A stretch of 64,000 nucleotides of DNA, from the NCBI RefSeq assembly GCF_009914755.1, contig NC_060933.1. One strand, 5' to 3'. Source of the DNA: the human T2T-CHM13v2.0 reference genome, Homo sapiens. The position numbers were made by a program, and so were the translations under genes. The notes under the pieces were generated by a model. That model ran no database searches. It had not been told where the DNA came from and saw nothing but the letters and a program-made list of their open reading frames with translations. This document shows positions 1 through 22,625 of the stretch, piece after piece. Position 1 is the first letter of the stretch, and each line of letters begins with the position of its first letter.

Positions 1-91
1 AAAAGACTGAGGAGGTGACTTTGAGGATTTCCTGCATAGAGGCACTGGGTTCTGAGGCTGACTTTTGTTATTTCTTCCCAGTTAATTTTGA

Positions 92-440
<349 letters not shown>

Positions 441-1813
441 CATTTTTCTGTTTTAAGGTTTAGGGGATCAAACTTTTCCCACTTTTTGGGAATACATCTG
501 AGGGGTGTGTCCTGTGGTATGGAGATGTGATTACCCATCTGTGAAGAAAGAACAGTGGAGAAAAAAAGGAAAAAGGTAAAATGTGTCCCTTCTTACTTTC
601 CTATTATCTTGAATAGGGCATCCCCCATTCATCCTTAGGGTTCCAGAATGAACCGGTCTTACTGTGTACCCTTAACCTTGGTCCCATTTCATCACAATTA
701 CCCACTTGACAACAGAGGAAATACCAGAGTGAACAGTGGGCCCCCTGCTCATCCTTGGGGTTCTGGAATGAACCAGTCTTACCATGTACCCTTAACCTTG
801 CCTTCATCTCTGTTTTAATGATAATCTATCAGCCTTTATCTCTGTCCTATGGGTCTCTTGTGCCTATGGACTTCAGCCAGCCTATATCCTTATCTCCATG
901 ACCTTATAGTGACTTGCTCGGAGCATTCTGAGCAACAAAATGATGATCTCTTTTCTCAGAGTCCCATCTCTCATGTTCTTTAAGTAGATGAGAAGCCTGT
1001 TTTTCAGCTAACTGCCACAAGGGGGCTGACTCCCCTGCCTTTGAATATGACCTTGAAGGTCTTGATGCATGTTGAGAGGGGTGTGGAAGTGATTAGAGAA
1101 ATGGAGGCTACAGGAGGAAGTGGGAGGAGGTGAGAGGAATATTCATGGAAAGCCTTTATATGCTTACAAAAATAGCAGCCCTTCCATTTGAGAGGGCAAT
1201 GTTTATTTTCCCTCTTGACATAAAAGAAGAACCTCTGGAGGACTTGGGGCTTGGGGTAAGAACTTGCAATGGCAAAGGAAGAATGTTCCCTTATCCCAAA
1301 AAGGTACTAACTCAAAAAAGCAAGTAGGCAGGGTCCTTAAAGGACCACAGAGTGAGGCCCTGTGCCCGCAGACAAACTGCTTCAAAAGCCACTGGAAAAC
1401 TTGGCCCTGGGGCATAACAGGAATGAAAAGCACATGGTAAGTCAGAAGGAGCTGGCAGAGCCAGGGTTCCAATTAGTGTCTGTCCTGGCCATGTGCCAGT
1501 AGTCAGGGGAAGGGTTAGAGGTCATCCGAGCTGGTAGGGTAAAAACAAGTATAAATCTCATGGCGTATCCCCAAGGGAGCCTGTGTCTTTGCTGCCACAC
1601 AAATTCAGCAAGAGCCATGAGTGCATGAATAACAGGGAGTGTGTGTTTAAGAAGTCAAGTGACATACAAAGTGAAAACAAAGAGGCAGACTTGCCTCCGA
1701 GGTAGACAGTCCAGTGAGTGCACAAGCCATTTCAGAATACACACAGAGAAAACAGGAGAATAGGCAGTATGGGTTTTTGGAAAACAACCAATTTTAGTTG
1801 AAAAAGCAGAGGA

Positions 1814-2166
<353 letters not shown>

Positions 2167-2678
2167 TTAGCCCTACCACTCTCATGAGCCTCCTGTCTAG
2201 GAGGGCCATGGGTGCCTCAGTTCTACTCAGTGCAGACTCCAAGGTCCCTCCTCTCTGACTTGAGAGATTCATGTGCTCCGTTTAACCTTTGACTTGGGGT
2301 ATTCTGCACTGGCATGCTTCCAGGGAGTTACATCCCTTCGCCCCTGATTCTTTCGTGTGGTGGGCTGTCTGCATGCCCAGTGGCCCACCAGCACTTGGGA
2401 GGGGCCGTATGTGTAGTGTGTTTACTGGAGTTGTGAGCATGCTCACTTGAGCCATTCTTCCTGTACCTGTCAAGTGTTCCTAGACGGTCATATACCAATT
2501 ACACTTCACCATTTCGCCCCTTAGCGCGCATGCATGAGTCCATTTATCCAACTCTTGAGATCTTATCAGGAAGCTGATTATCTGTTTCAGGTTTTTCTAT
2601 CTATTGGGAGACTGCATTTCCCTGGTGCTGGCTGCAACCAGTTATTATTTTAAAGAGGCTGTTTAGCAACCACCTGAC

Positions 2679-3121
2679 CAATGCAGGATTTTTTGCTCCT
2701 TAGTTCAGCTAAAATCCGGGTTCTTGTCTCATTACCAGGAAAAATTAGGCACAAGGACACATTGAAGGGTGAGGAGGGCGGATTTATTAGACAAAAAGAA
2801 AGCTCTCAGCAAAGAAAGAGGGGTCCTGCCAACAGGCTCCCACCTCACAGATTGAATACCAGGCCACCACACACTAGTTGAAGAGGCCAGGCTTCTCCCC
2901 TGCATAAGGCTCCACCCTGCATAAGGCTCCAAGCTACCACCATTCCTGGTAGCTCCACCCCATTTCCCCAGTACCTGTGGGCCTCCAGTCCATTGTGGGC
3001 ATGCCCAGGCAAGACCCTGCACAGGTTCCCTTACCTACACAAAAACATCTGGCATAAATGCTTGTGGGGCAGGCTGGAGATTCTCCAGGGACCCTTTCTT
3101 ATCTGCCTCGGGCATCTATCA
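2679..3121 (-). mobile_element. MER61-like solo LTR (ERV1)
   Basis: atgcaggattttttgctccttagttcagctaaa end is characteristic; 4-bp TSD tgac/agac; carries a p53 motif. Confidence 0.7.
2997..3016. promoter_or_regulatory. p53 response element GGGCATGCCC-AGGCAAGACC
   Basis: two adjacent RRRCWWGYYY half-sites, 19/20 match, no spacer. Confidence 0.65.
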
Positions 3122-3212
3122 AGACCATCACCTGATGATGGTCACCTGATATTCCTGGTGTGGCGGGGCCCCTGCTCCCCTGCTCATGTCTGCCTGGCTA
3201 CCTACCTTACAC

Positions 3213-3674
3213 TAATCTGCCATGTTGACTTCTGATTAATCATAGTTCCAGGAATGCCTCTAAGATTTCTATCTTATTACTGTTCCTTATATAAGAGCAA
3301 GTACTTACTGTAAATCTTAATCTTAGGTCATGACAACCTTGATGTTACCATAAACACATATTTACCATAAAACCTGCCCTTAGGCTATGATAAATACAAC
3401 ATTCTTGCCTTTCCCTGAGGGGTTGATTTCAATGTCCTACACACTCCTTCTGAAGCACTGTATACCCTTTCCCTATGGCATGTAAGTCCTGGGTTTGGGG
3501 GTTGACAGCATGAAGATCTACCTGTTTTGTGGCCACCCAAGACCATGCTCTTGTCTGTAAGTTCCCCAATAAATCACCCTCTGCTGAGAAACTACATTAG
3601 TCTGCCTTGTTCTTTGGTTCCTCAACTCCTTCAGCATTTAGGGGTCTCTGCAAGCACAGCCCTTTCATGAAACA
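3213..3674 (+). mobile_element. MER39/MER34-like ERV1 LTR, 3' part
   Basis: AATAAA-R region and ...ccctttcatgaaaca terminus. Confidence 0.55.
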
Positions 3675-3702
3675 TTATCCTCTTCAATTTCTTTCATCAG
3701 TG

Positions 3703-4087
<385 letters not shown>

Positions 4088-4111
4088 TCATCAGTGTTTT
4101 TTAGTTTTCTT

Positions 4112-4570
4112 TTGTAAACCAAAAAGTATCTGATACTGGTTTCAATCAATTTAGAAGTTTATTTTGCCAAGGTTGAGGTCATGCTTGGAAGAAATAAACA
4201 TGGAATCATAGAAAAACAGTCTGTGGCCTGTGCCTTTCTCCAAAGAGGACTTTGAAGTCTTCAGTATTTAAAGGGGAAAAGTGGGCTGGAGGGGAGAAAG
4301 GGAAGGTATGTTAATCCACATGTTGCAAGAGAAAAGGAGCCGGTAGGCGAATAGTCAATTATGTATTCATCTGGTTCTCAGTAAATCGGCACTTTACATA
4401 AGATGAGGTAAACATAGGGCAGCCACCTGTGGAGATATTTAACCTTTCATCTATAGCTGTCTGCTTAGGAACAAAAGGAAAGGCAGTTTCTTGCATGACT
4501 CAGCTTTCAGCTTAATTTTTTTCTTTTGGCATTATGAATTGGGGTCCTGTGTTTTTTTTTTCCTTTCACA
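4112..4570 (-). mobile_element. MER4-family solo LTR inserted in L1
   Basis: tgtaaacc...cctttcaca termini; gctgagtcatgcaagaaactgcc on the - strand. Confidence 0.7.
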
Positions 4571-4817
4571 CCTTGTAGAGGTTTTTTTTTTTTTTTTTAC
4601 CTTTTTCATTAAATGTATTCCTAGGTATTTATTTTGCAGTTATTGTATATGAGATTGCCTTCTTGATTTCTTTTTCAGCTAGTTTGTTGTTTGTGTATAG
4701 AAACACTACTGTTGTTCGTATATTGATTTTGTGCCCTTCAACTTTATGAAATTTTTTTTTATCAGTTCTAAGAGTTTTGTGATACAATATAGGTTTTCTA
4801 TATATAAGATCACATCA

Positions 4818-5008
<191 letters not shown>

Positions 5009-5727
5009 GATTATATAATCTGCAAACAGGGACAATTTGACTTCCTCTATTCCCATTTGGATGCCTTTTATTTCTTTCTCTTGCCTAACTCTTCTGGCTA
5101 AAACTTCCAGTACTATGTTGAATAATAGTGGGGAAAGTGGGCATCCTTGTCTTGTTCCAATTCTTAGAGGAGAAGCTTTCAGCTTTTCTGCATTCAGTAA
5201 GATGTTAGCTGTGGGTTTCTCACATATGGGCTTTATTATTTTGAGGTATATTCCTTCTATACCTAGTTTGTTGAGGGCGTTTATAATAAAGGGATGCTGA
5301 ATTTTATCAAATGCTGTCTCAGCATATATTAAAATGATCATATGGTTTTTGTTCTTAGTTCTGTGAATGTGATGTATCACATTTATTGATTTGTGTATAT
5401 GGAACAATCCTTGCATCCTGGGATAAATCCCACTCGATTGTGGTTTGTTATCTTTTTCATGTGCTGTTGGATTTGGTTTGCGGGTATTTTGTTGAGGATT
5501 TTTTCATCTATGTTCATCAGGGATATTGGCCTGTAGTTTTCTTTTTTGTTGTGTCTTTTCCTGGTTTTGGTATCAAGGTTATGATGACCTTGTAAAATGA
5601 GTTAGGAAGAATTTCCTCCGATTCAATTTTTTGGAATAGTTTGATAATTGGTATCAATTGTTCTTTATAGGTTCAGTAGAATTCAGTGGTGAACCCACTG
5701 GGTCCTGGACTTTTTTTGTTTGGAGAT

Positions 5728-6040
5728 TTGTTTGTTTGTTTGTTTGTTTGTTTGTTTTTGAGAGAGTCTCACCCTGTCACCCAGGCTGGAGTGCAGTGGC
5801 GCAATCTTGGCTCCCTGCAACCTCTGCCTCCCTAGCTCAAGCTATTCTCTTGCCTCAGCCTCCTGAGGAGCTGGGATTACAGTCACCCACCACCACACCC
5901 AGCTAATTTTTATATTTTTTTGTAGAGATGGGTTTCACCATGTTTCCCAGGCTGGTTTCAAACTCCTAGGCTCAAGCAGTATGCCAGCCTTGGCCTCACA
6001 AAGTGCTGGGATTACAGGTGTGAGCCATTGCACCCGGCCC
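5728..6040 (-). mobile_element. AluJ-like element with (TTTG)n tail
   Basis: reverse-complement Alu consensus. Confidence 0.9.
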
Positions 6041-7805
6041 TTAAATTTCATTCTTAATTTCTTCCTTCATCCATTCATCATTCAGGAGCATGTTATTTAA
6101 TTTCCATATATTGATATAGCTTTGAATGTTTCTCTTGTTGTTGATGTCTAGTTTTATTCCATTGTGGTAAGATAAGATACCTAATATAATTTTGATTTAA
6201 AAAAAATTCTGAGGCTTGTTTTGTGTCCTAACATATTGTCAGTCCTGGAGAATATTCCATGGGTACATGAGAAGAATGTGTATTCTGCAGCCGTTGGGTG
6301 AAATGTTCTGTAAATGTCTGTTAGGTCCATTTGTTCTATGGTGTAGTTTAAATCTGATGTGTCTTTGATTTTCTGTCTAGATGATCTATCTAATACTGAG
6401 AGTGGGGTGTTGAAGTCTCCAACCACTATTGTATTGGAGGTCTATCTTTCCCTTTATATTTAATAATATTTGCTTTCTATATCTAGGTGCTCTAGTATTT
6501 GGTGCATATATATTTGCAATTATATTCTCCTCCTGAATTAATCCCTTTATTATTATGTAATGTCTTTCTTTGTTTCTTTTTATAGTTTTTGACTTGAAGT
6601 CTTCTTCGTCTGATATAAGTATAGCTACTCCTCCTTGTTTTGGGTTTCTGTTTACATGGACTATCTTTTTTCATCCTTAACTTTCACTTTATGTGTGTCT
6701 TTACAGGTAAGGGGAGTTTCTTGTGGACAGCATATAGTTGGGTCTTGGTTTGTTAATCCATTCAGCTAGTTTATCTTTTAAACAGGGGAATTTAATCTAT
6801 TTACATTCAAGATTATTATTGATTGGTGAGAACTTACTCCTATCATTTTATTGATTGTGTTCTGGTTGTTTTGTATATCCTTTGTTACTTCTTCTCATTA
6901 TTTATTTTTGTAGTTGGGTGGTTTTCTGCAGTGATAAGGTTTGATTCATTTCTTTTATCATTTGTGTATCAGCTTTACCAGTGAGTTTTATAGTTTTACA
7001 TGTTTTCAAGATGGTGTTTATTGTCTTTTCACTTCCAGATATAAGACTGTCTTGAGCATTTCTTATAAGACTGGTCTAGTGGTGATGAATTCCCTTAGAT
7101 TTTGCTTGTTGGTTAAAGATTTTATTCCTCATTCCTTTCTGAAGAATAGCTGGGAGGATTGCTTGAGCTCCTGGGTTGGAGTGGCAGACTGTTCTTTTAG
7201 CTGAAAGTGTGGCAGTGAGGGTTGGTTTCCCTGCTGTGCAGGAACAGAATCACAGCTGATCCTGGGCCCAAGCTCTATGCATCTGGGGTTGTGGCATTCA
7301 AGCACTCATGTGGTCTTGGTGGAATGCAGACGGAGCCCAGTGCTAGAGAGGTACAGTAGCTACTGCCTGGAGCATTCTGGAGGTTGCTCTGGTCTCAGGA
7401 TGGTGCCATGCCACAGCAGCCTCGTTCACAGTGGGTGGTTGGGGGGTGGGGTGTGTACACTTTGTGATCCTAATCCGGGTGATGTAGCTATGCAAATTCT
7501 CACAACTCTCCAAACTGGGCTTGGGGCTTGCGAGGACTGTGGGATTCTCTTGTGTTATACTTTTTCCCTGAAAAGGGAAGTCCCTCCTGACTCTGGATAG
7601 ATGCTATCTGGTTGGAGGGAGATGGGACCACTAGAGGCTGGGTGCCTCCACACTGCTCTCTCAATCATCACAGGTGCATCTCTACTCCACCACTCACTCC
7701 ACCGCCAGCCAAATCTTAGTTGTTTGTGCCTTAGTCTTTTCTTGGGATGAGGGGAGGAATGCCAGGTGTTTCTAGTCAGCCATCTTACTGATATCACTCT
7801 CCTTC

Positions 7806-7925
7806 TTTTTTTTGGTACAAGGTCTCACTATGTTGCCCAGGATAGCCTCAAACTCCTGGGCTTAAGTGACCTACCTCAACCTCCTGAGTAGGGGGGACTG
7901 TAGGTGTACACCATTGCATCCAGCC
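7806..7925 (-). mobile_element. FLAM / Alu monomer
   Basis: single left-arm-like monomer. Confidence 0.75.
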
Positions 7926-8125
7926 TTGTAACAGTTTTTGCTATAAAGTCTATTTTATCTAACTATGGCCACTCCTGCTGTCTTCTGGTTACCATTTGAA
8001 TGAAGTATCTTTTTCCATCCTGTCACTTTCAGCCTATGTGTGTCCTTATATCTAAAGTGAGTCTCTTCTCAACAGCATATAGTTGGATGCTGTTATTTTT
8101 AATCCATTCAGCCAATATGTCTTTT

Positions 8126-14553
<6,428 letters not shown>

Positions 14554-16030
14554 GCCAATATGTCTTTTGATTGGGAAGTTTAATCCATTTACATTTAAAG
14601 TAGTTACTGATAGGAAAGGACCTACTACTGCCATTTGGTTGTTTTCTGGATGTCTTATAGGTTTTTTGTGTCCCTCCTTTACTCTCTTACTATCTTTCTT
14701 TGTGTTTAATTGATTTTTTTTTTGTAGTGATATGCTTTTATTTCTTTCTCATTTCCTTTTTTATCTATAGATATTTTATTTGTGGTTACCATTGCAATTA
14801 CATAAAACATTTTAAAGTTATAGCATTCTATTTTAAACTAATAACAACTTCAATCACATGCAAAAACTCTACTCTTTTACAATTCCACCTCCCTCTCCCT
14901 GCTCTGATTGATGTCATGAATTCATCTTTATTTATTCATATAGATTTAAATGTTTAAATGTTTTTGTGATTTGAATTCTATGCACCAAAAGGATAATAGT
15001 ACAAATTATTGTATTTATCCATGTGTTCACCTTCACTGAAGAACTTTATATTATCCTGTGGTTTTGTGTTGCTTTTTACTATCCTTTTGTTTTAACATAA
15101 AGTACTCCTTAATCTTTTTTATTTTAGAGCACATTTAATGGCAAAGAACTCCCTCAGTTTTTGTTTAACTGGAAAAGTGTTTATTTCTCCATTTTTGAAT
15201 AACAGTTTTATCAAATACAATATTCTTTGTTGACAGTTTTTTTTTCTTTCAGCACTTTGAATGTATCCTCCCTCTGCCTTCTGGTCTGCAAAGTTACCAC
15301 TGACAGATCCTCTCATAATCTTATGGAAGACCCCTTACATGAGACAAATTATTTTTCTCTCGCTGCTTTCAAGATTTTCTTTGTATTTGACTTTAGACAG
15401 TTATATAATTATAATATGTCTTGGTATGGTTCTCTGTTGATTTACCCCAGTTGGAGGTCTTTGAGATTCTTGAATTTTTAAGTCCATTGCTTTCCTCAAA
15501 TTTGGGAAATGTTCAGCCATTATTTCTGTAAATAAACTCTTTGCCCCTTTCTCTCTCTTCTCTTTTGGAACTTACAAGTGCATATATTGATCTACTTGAT
15601 AGTGGCCCATACATCCCTTAGGCTCTCCTTGCTCTTCTTTCTTTTTTTTTTCTTATCTGACTCTATGATTTCAAATGACCTCTCTTCAGGTTTGCCCAGT
15701 TTTTCTTCTGCCTGATCAAGTCTGCTGTCAAACCCCTCTTAAAAATTTGTCGGTTCAATTAAAGTGTATTTCAGCTCCAGAATGTCTGGTTTGTCCTTTT
15801 TAATAGTTTCTATCTCTTTGTTGATATTCTCACTTTGTTCATGCATCATTTCCTGATTTTTTTTTAAAGTCATCTATCTGTTCTCTTTTATCTCATTGAG
15901 CATCTTTATGACAACTATTTCGATGTTTTTTCTCAAGCAGCTCATAGATCTGTGTTTCCTTAAGATCAGTTTTGAAGTTTTTTATTTTGTTCCTTTGATT
16001 GGGCTACATTTTTCTGTTTCTTTGTAGCTA
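14554..16030 (-). mobile_element. ancient L1M (ORF2 start / ORF1) host element, continuing from 7930-8125
   Basis: degenerate ORF1-like peptide at 15119..15316 (QRILY..KL.FKN.GEI); sequence continuous across the insertion. Confidence 0.7.
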
Positions 16031-16488
16031 ATTTTGTTTCATCTAGAAGGTCAGAAGCAAAAAATGCTTGCTAAGTCTGATTAAAAGAGCCCCAGTACCT
16101 TCAAGGCCTGTCTACTGTGGTACTGGAGTGATTATTTCTATCTTATCTTCTTTACAGCTTGGTCTGGAGAGCTGCCTTAGACTCTCCAATGAATCTATTC
16201 AAATAGCTGCCTCTGTTACCTTGACTTGTCTCAGATTCCGTTGACCCAAGATGGGTCCTGGCACTAGGAATATAAGACTGCTTCCATTATTTTGACTTGC
16301 TCCAGGTTAGGGAGAAGATTATGCAAGGCTCCTACTGACTGTGTTTTATTTCTAGCTTTGATGTCTGGGCACTGATTTCCCTAGGTTTAACTACTTGCTC
16401 CATGTTAAGGCCATGCTGTGGAAATCTGTCTGTGTGACTGTCATGCAGGCCTGTCTATGTGATTGTCAGGGAGAATTGGCCTGCCACA
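16030..16488 (-). mobile_element. ERV LTR, family not assigned
   Basis: terminus tgtggcaggccaattctccctgaca on the - strand. Confidence 0.5.
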
Positions 16489-16489
16489 A

Positions 16490-16755
16490 TAGGGCCTTCA
16501 GGAGGTGATTAAGTAATGAAGTCAGAGCCATCATGAATAGCATTAGGGCCTTTATAAAAGAGAAAGTTCATGGGTTTGCTCTCTGCTCTTCCACCATGTG
16601 AAGACACAGCCTTCATCTCCCTTTTTCTCTTCTACTGCTTCCACTATGTGAGGGGATAGTGTTCAGGCCACCATCTTGGAAGCAGAGATCAACCCTCAGA
16701 AGTGTGAGAAATAAACTTCTTTTGTTTAGAAATTACCCAGTCTCAGGCATTTTCA
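16490..16755 (+). mobile_element. MLT1/MST MaLR LTR fragment
   Basis: gtgagaaataaa...aattacccagtctcagg MaLR motif. Confidence 0.65.
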
Positions 16756-16964
16756 GTGAAAACTTCCATAGTGATGATTTCCAGCTTTAATTAGCTCATA
16801 CTCTGTGCCCTGTCCTGCATGAAGTGTTTCATATGTGTTGTTCCACTCCATCCTCATAACATCCCTGTGATGTAGGTACTAGGTGGTGACGCTGCTGCTT
16901 TGCATTTGGGGTCACTGAAACTTACAGAGGTTTGTTAGCCTGCCCAATGTCAAAAACAGGAGGA

Positions 16965-17130
16965 GGCCAGGCACGGTGGCTCACACCTGTAATCCCAGCA
17001 TTTTGGGAGGCTGAGGCGGGCAGATAGGTTGAGTCCAGGAGTTCAAGACCAGCCTGGGCAACATGGCAAAACCTCATCTCTACAAAACGAAAATAGAAAA
17101 AAACTAGCTGGACATGGTGGTACGCATGTA
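16965..17130 (+). mobile_element. Alu left arm (truncated)
   Basis: Alu consensus. Confidence 0.9.
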
Positions 17131-17530
17131 GAGCAGGTAAAATGGACTAAGACAAGCTTGCCAAACATCACCAATTTCCCTACACCTTTTACTGAAATCT
17201 TTTCTTGGCTTTATAATGGCTTGGGTGCTGTAGCTTCTCGGCTGGTCTCTGGAATTCTCACACAGGTGCTCTGGCCCATATATTGTTGTTAACCTTATGT
17301 CTCTGAGCAGAAGGAGGGCCGAGAGCTGTTTAGTCCATCATCTTGCTGACATCACTGTGCAATATATTTTGACGTGGTCGCTGCAACTGCTCTGTAGTCA
17401 AAGGCCCATCTATGAGAACTGAGCACCACATCGCCATCACAGTGGCCCCTCCTGCCCCTTCTCTTGCCCCAGTGGCCTCCTGCCACCCCTGTGGCCCCTG
17501 GTTCTCCTGCACACAGTGGCAGCCCGTTAG

Positions 17531-18194
<664 letters not shown>

Positions 18195-18663
18195 TAAATG
18201 GCTTCTGGATGTTTTTCTGCATAAGTACTTGGGACAGGGTTTGCCACTCATCTCTATCCACATGACAACGTGGGGTTTATGAGCACAGGAAATAAAGCAC
18301 CCATGGAAGCTGGGGTTTTGACAGACAGTGCTGCTGCTGTTTTTATCTCACGAGAAAGAAAAGGAAGTCTGAACCTTCCATTTCGCATGAGAGGTGGCTG
18401 AGGAAAGATGTCATTCCCTGTCCTCAGGCGACTGTCCCTGCCTCACCCACATTCGTAAGTCATAAGTGAGCTTGCATTAAGACCATGAGGTTGTCTGAAC
18501 CAGTTGGATGAAAAGGGAGGACAATAATTCTGAAATTCATTAAGAAAACACAAGGTGGCAGCAGCGGCCCCTCCCGAGCGCCCTCACCTGTGGCCGAAGC
18601 GGGGCGGCAACTGTGCTCAGTGGAAGAGGCTCACTGGCCACACGTGGGCTTCTCTATGCTCAG

Positions 18664-18800
18664 GTTTTCTGCACCAGGCTGACGGATGCGGGGATCCCTC
18701 CAGAAGTCATCATGGGCATATTCTCTAACATCTCCTCCATCCACCGCTTCCACGGGCAGTTCCTGCTGCCGGAGCTGAAGACGCGGATCACGGAGGAGTG
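18664..18800 (+). CDS. FGD3: FGD3 coding exon (DH; [10 protein letters not shown]...RITEE(W))
   Basis: ctcag| and TG|gtgagt; 137 nt, phase 0-2; IFSNI DH motif. Confidence 0.97.
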
Positions 18801-19768
18801 GTGAGTACCATCTGCGCATGCCCATGGGGCCCCTCAAGTGTTCTCTAGACCTGGGTTCATGTGCCTGAGAGCGAGGCAAGTGCTGGGGGACTGTCTCATG
18901 GTGGCTGGGCGCCTCCCTTCTCTGCACGGTCCTGGGTCCGATCCAGACTCCACCCCTTCCTGGTTGGTGACCTTGACCAGCCACTTACGGTCTCCAAGGC
19001 TTAGTTCCTGAGAAAGCAGATGATGCGGAATGAAGGGCTTTTAACGCCCCGCTTGGGGCTCTGAAACTAAAATGAGGTTTGACATCTGGAAACACCACAC
19101 AGTGGATAGTGCTAGTTGGTTTTCTTTTCCCTCCTAGCTTATACTCCACCTTTGTTTTAAAAATGCTGTTTTTCCCTCTCAACAGTGGACCTCAGATCCT
19201 CCTCCTGCTGTCCCTGTGGCCTGTCCCTCTGTCCCACTGCTGCTTCTGTTCATTAGCAGAGGGACAGCTCAGTGCAAGTCACAATTCATGAAACATCCCA
19301 GGCTGGCCCCCAGACTCATCAGTTCCCCACGTTGCGTGTTGCGTTTCCCCTCATTCTGGGTGCCGCTGCTGTTTGACTTAGGGTCTCTACTGCCTGTGCC
19401 CTTCGCAGGCCCGGCTTCCCTCTGCATCAGGAGCCTGGCCTTTCTGTGTCCCACCAGCCCGTTCTCCAAGCTGCAACCCAGGAGACCACAGAGGCTTGAC
19501 TGGAATGGGAGGCCAGGGGGAGTCCCTTCACCTGTTGCTCAGGGAGGGGCTATGTCAATTTATAAATCTGTACAAGGACATGGTCCAGCTGCCGAACAGG
19601 TTTACATTGTGTCCCCGAGGCAGTCAGGACTGGATGCAGCCTTCTGGCTGACAAAAATCCATGCTTGGTAGAGACAGGTTTTCTCCTGCAAGGCCCTGGA
19701 GACTGCTAACTCATGAGTGCATGTGTGACCTCCTCTGCAACTTTTATAACAGCACAGGGGTCCAATGA

Positions 19769-20100
<332 letters not shown>

Positions 20101-20686
20101 TAAATGTATAAGTGCAGTTCACAGTCATGCCTTAGTGATGGCTTTGTGCCTGTGGCTTTTTTCTTTCTTTTTGAAACAGTCCTAAGGTCAAAGACGATTA
20201 GTATATTTTTCTGTTTCTTGAAAATTATTTGCAAATCTCTGTCCAAAGCAGCTTTTTTCATTATCAGTACTACAAAGAGCTACTTTCCCCAGGACTTCGC
20301 CAGCATTGGATAGAACCATTGTTTCTAATCTTTGCCCATTTAAAAGGAGCATAATGGTATTTTGTTGGTTCTCTTTGATAACTGTGGTTCATCATTCAAG
20401 CGATTCTGCTACTACTGCTATCTCCTGTGTCTGGGTCACTGGTTCTAAGCTTGCAGCTTGCACTTTTAACTGTTTTACAGGCATCTTTCATTTAATTGCC
20501 CAGTTACTATTTTCTACTCTACATGACATAGGGGAGGAAGCTAAGGCTCAGAGAGGGTGACCAATTTGCTCACCATCACACAGAGCTGGCCTCCACCCCA
20601 CACCCCCCTGGTGGAGTTCATGTCCACTAACCTCAGAGTCCCCATTGCACCCAGCTATTTCTCTGATGATTCATTTCTCCACGAAG

Positions 20687-20843
20687 GGACACAAACCCAC
20701 GGCTCGGGGACATCCTGCAGAAGCTGGCCCCATTCCTGAAGATGTACGGCGAGTATGTCAAGAACTTTGACCGAGCCGTAGGGCTGGTGAGCACGTGGAC
20801 CCAGCGCTCCCCACTGTTTAAAGACGTCGTCCACAGCATCCAG
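20687..20843 (+). CDS. FGD3: FGD3 coding exon (DH; [10 protein letters not shown]...[10 protein letters not shown]...VHSIQ)
   Basis: acgaag| and CAG|gtaagg; 157 nt, phase 2-0; completes the Trp codon begun in the previous exon. Confidence 0.97.
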
Positions 20844-21324
20844 GTAAGGCCGGCAGTGGGAGTGTGGACACAGATGTTCTCAAGATGCACAGAGCCTGGT
20901 GTTTTATTTTTTAAAAACATATGTATATATGTATATTTTACTCCAAAAAGTAACATGACATTACTAAAATTTTGGAACATAGAGAAAATTAGGAAAATTA
21001 TGGGATGTGCCCAGATGTTCTGTTGATGCTTTGAGCCTTACAATAACTCCCAGAGATGAATCAGCATTCCCATCGGAAAATCGTGGCTCAAGAGGCTGTG
21101 CAAGCTACAGCATCACGAGCTATTATCTGATGGAACCTGAATTCAAAGGACAGTCTCTGATTGCACAGTGTCCCTCGATATCTAGTGCAGGCATTTTTGT
21201 TTAAATGTTACATTGCTTTTTTGTTTTTCGCTTTCTGCTAAGAGCCTCCTCACAGCCCTGGCTTCTCTTGTCTCCTATAGGGCTGGTCTCTTTCTTCTTG
21301 ATTCACAAGGCTTTTATATGCTAA

Positions 21325-22052
<728 letters not shown>

Positions 22053-22429
22053 CAGAATTTTTTATTTTTAAGTAACTCCATTCACCACTTCTTAAAATGT
22101 AAAGCTTATTTTCAAATGCATTTCCCACTACCCAAGACTATATAACCCCATCTCTACTAAAAATACAAAAATTAGCTGGGCGTGACATGCCTATAGTCCC
22201 AGTTACTCTGAAGGCTGATTCAGGAGAATTGCTTGAACCGAGAGGCAGAGGTTGCAGTGAGCTGAGATCGCGCCTGCCATGTCCTGGATGACATCTGCCT
22301 GGGGACACTCGAGGCAGACACAGCCCCGGTTGCAGGCTAGCCACTGGTCTGTGCATCCCCTCATCCTAGGCAGATTGGGCACAGGGCCAGGCAGGCTGTG
22401 GGGAGGGCTCTCCGCCTGGACTCAGTACC

Positions 22430-22625
22430 ATCCAGCCATTCCCTGAAGGTGACTTTGCCCCCCGGGGATCCCAGGCCATATCTTCACACATTGGGTGCAC
22501 CCAGCATCTGGTGGGTGGGGTCTGGGGATGCTGCAAAACACGTTGCAGCAGACAGCATGGCCCACCGCAGAGAATTCTCCAACCCGAAGGTCCATAGTGC
22601 CCAGGCTGAGAAGACCTGGTGTGGA
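22430..22625. mobile_element. MER20-like hAT DNA transposon remnant
   Basis: ggtgactttgcccccc...ggggatgctgc..aaaca...atagtgcccaggctgagaa. Confidence 0.55.

Larger units (their letters stand above)
2250..3212 (-). mobile_element. MER50-like ERV1 LTR split by a nested LTR
   Basis: LTR sequence ...aaccacctgac | catcacctgatg...ctacctaccttaca resumes after the 2679-3121 insertion. Confidence 0.65.

Noticed and set aside
629-800. ~120-bp-period direct repeat (catcctt.gggtt...cccttaaccttg) as a CRISPR-like array
   Set aside because: only two diverged copies inside ERV internal sequence in a eukaryote; no cas genes
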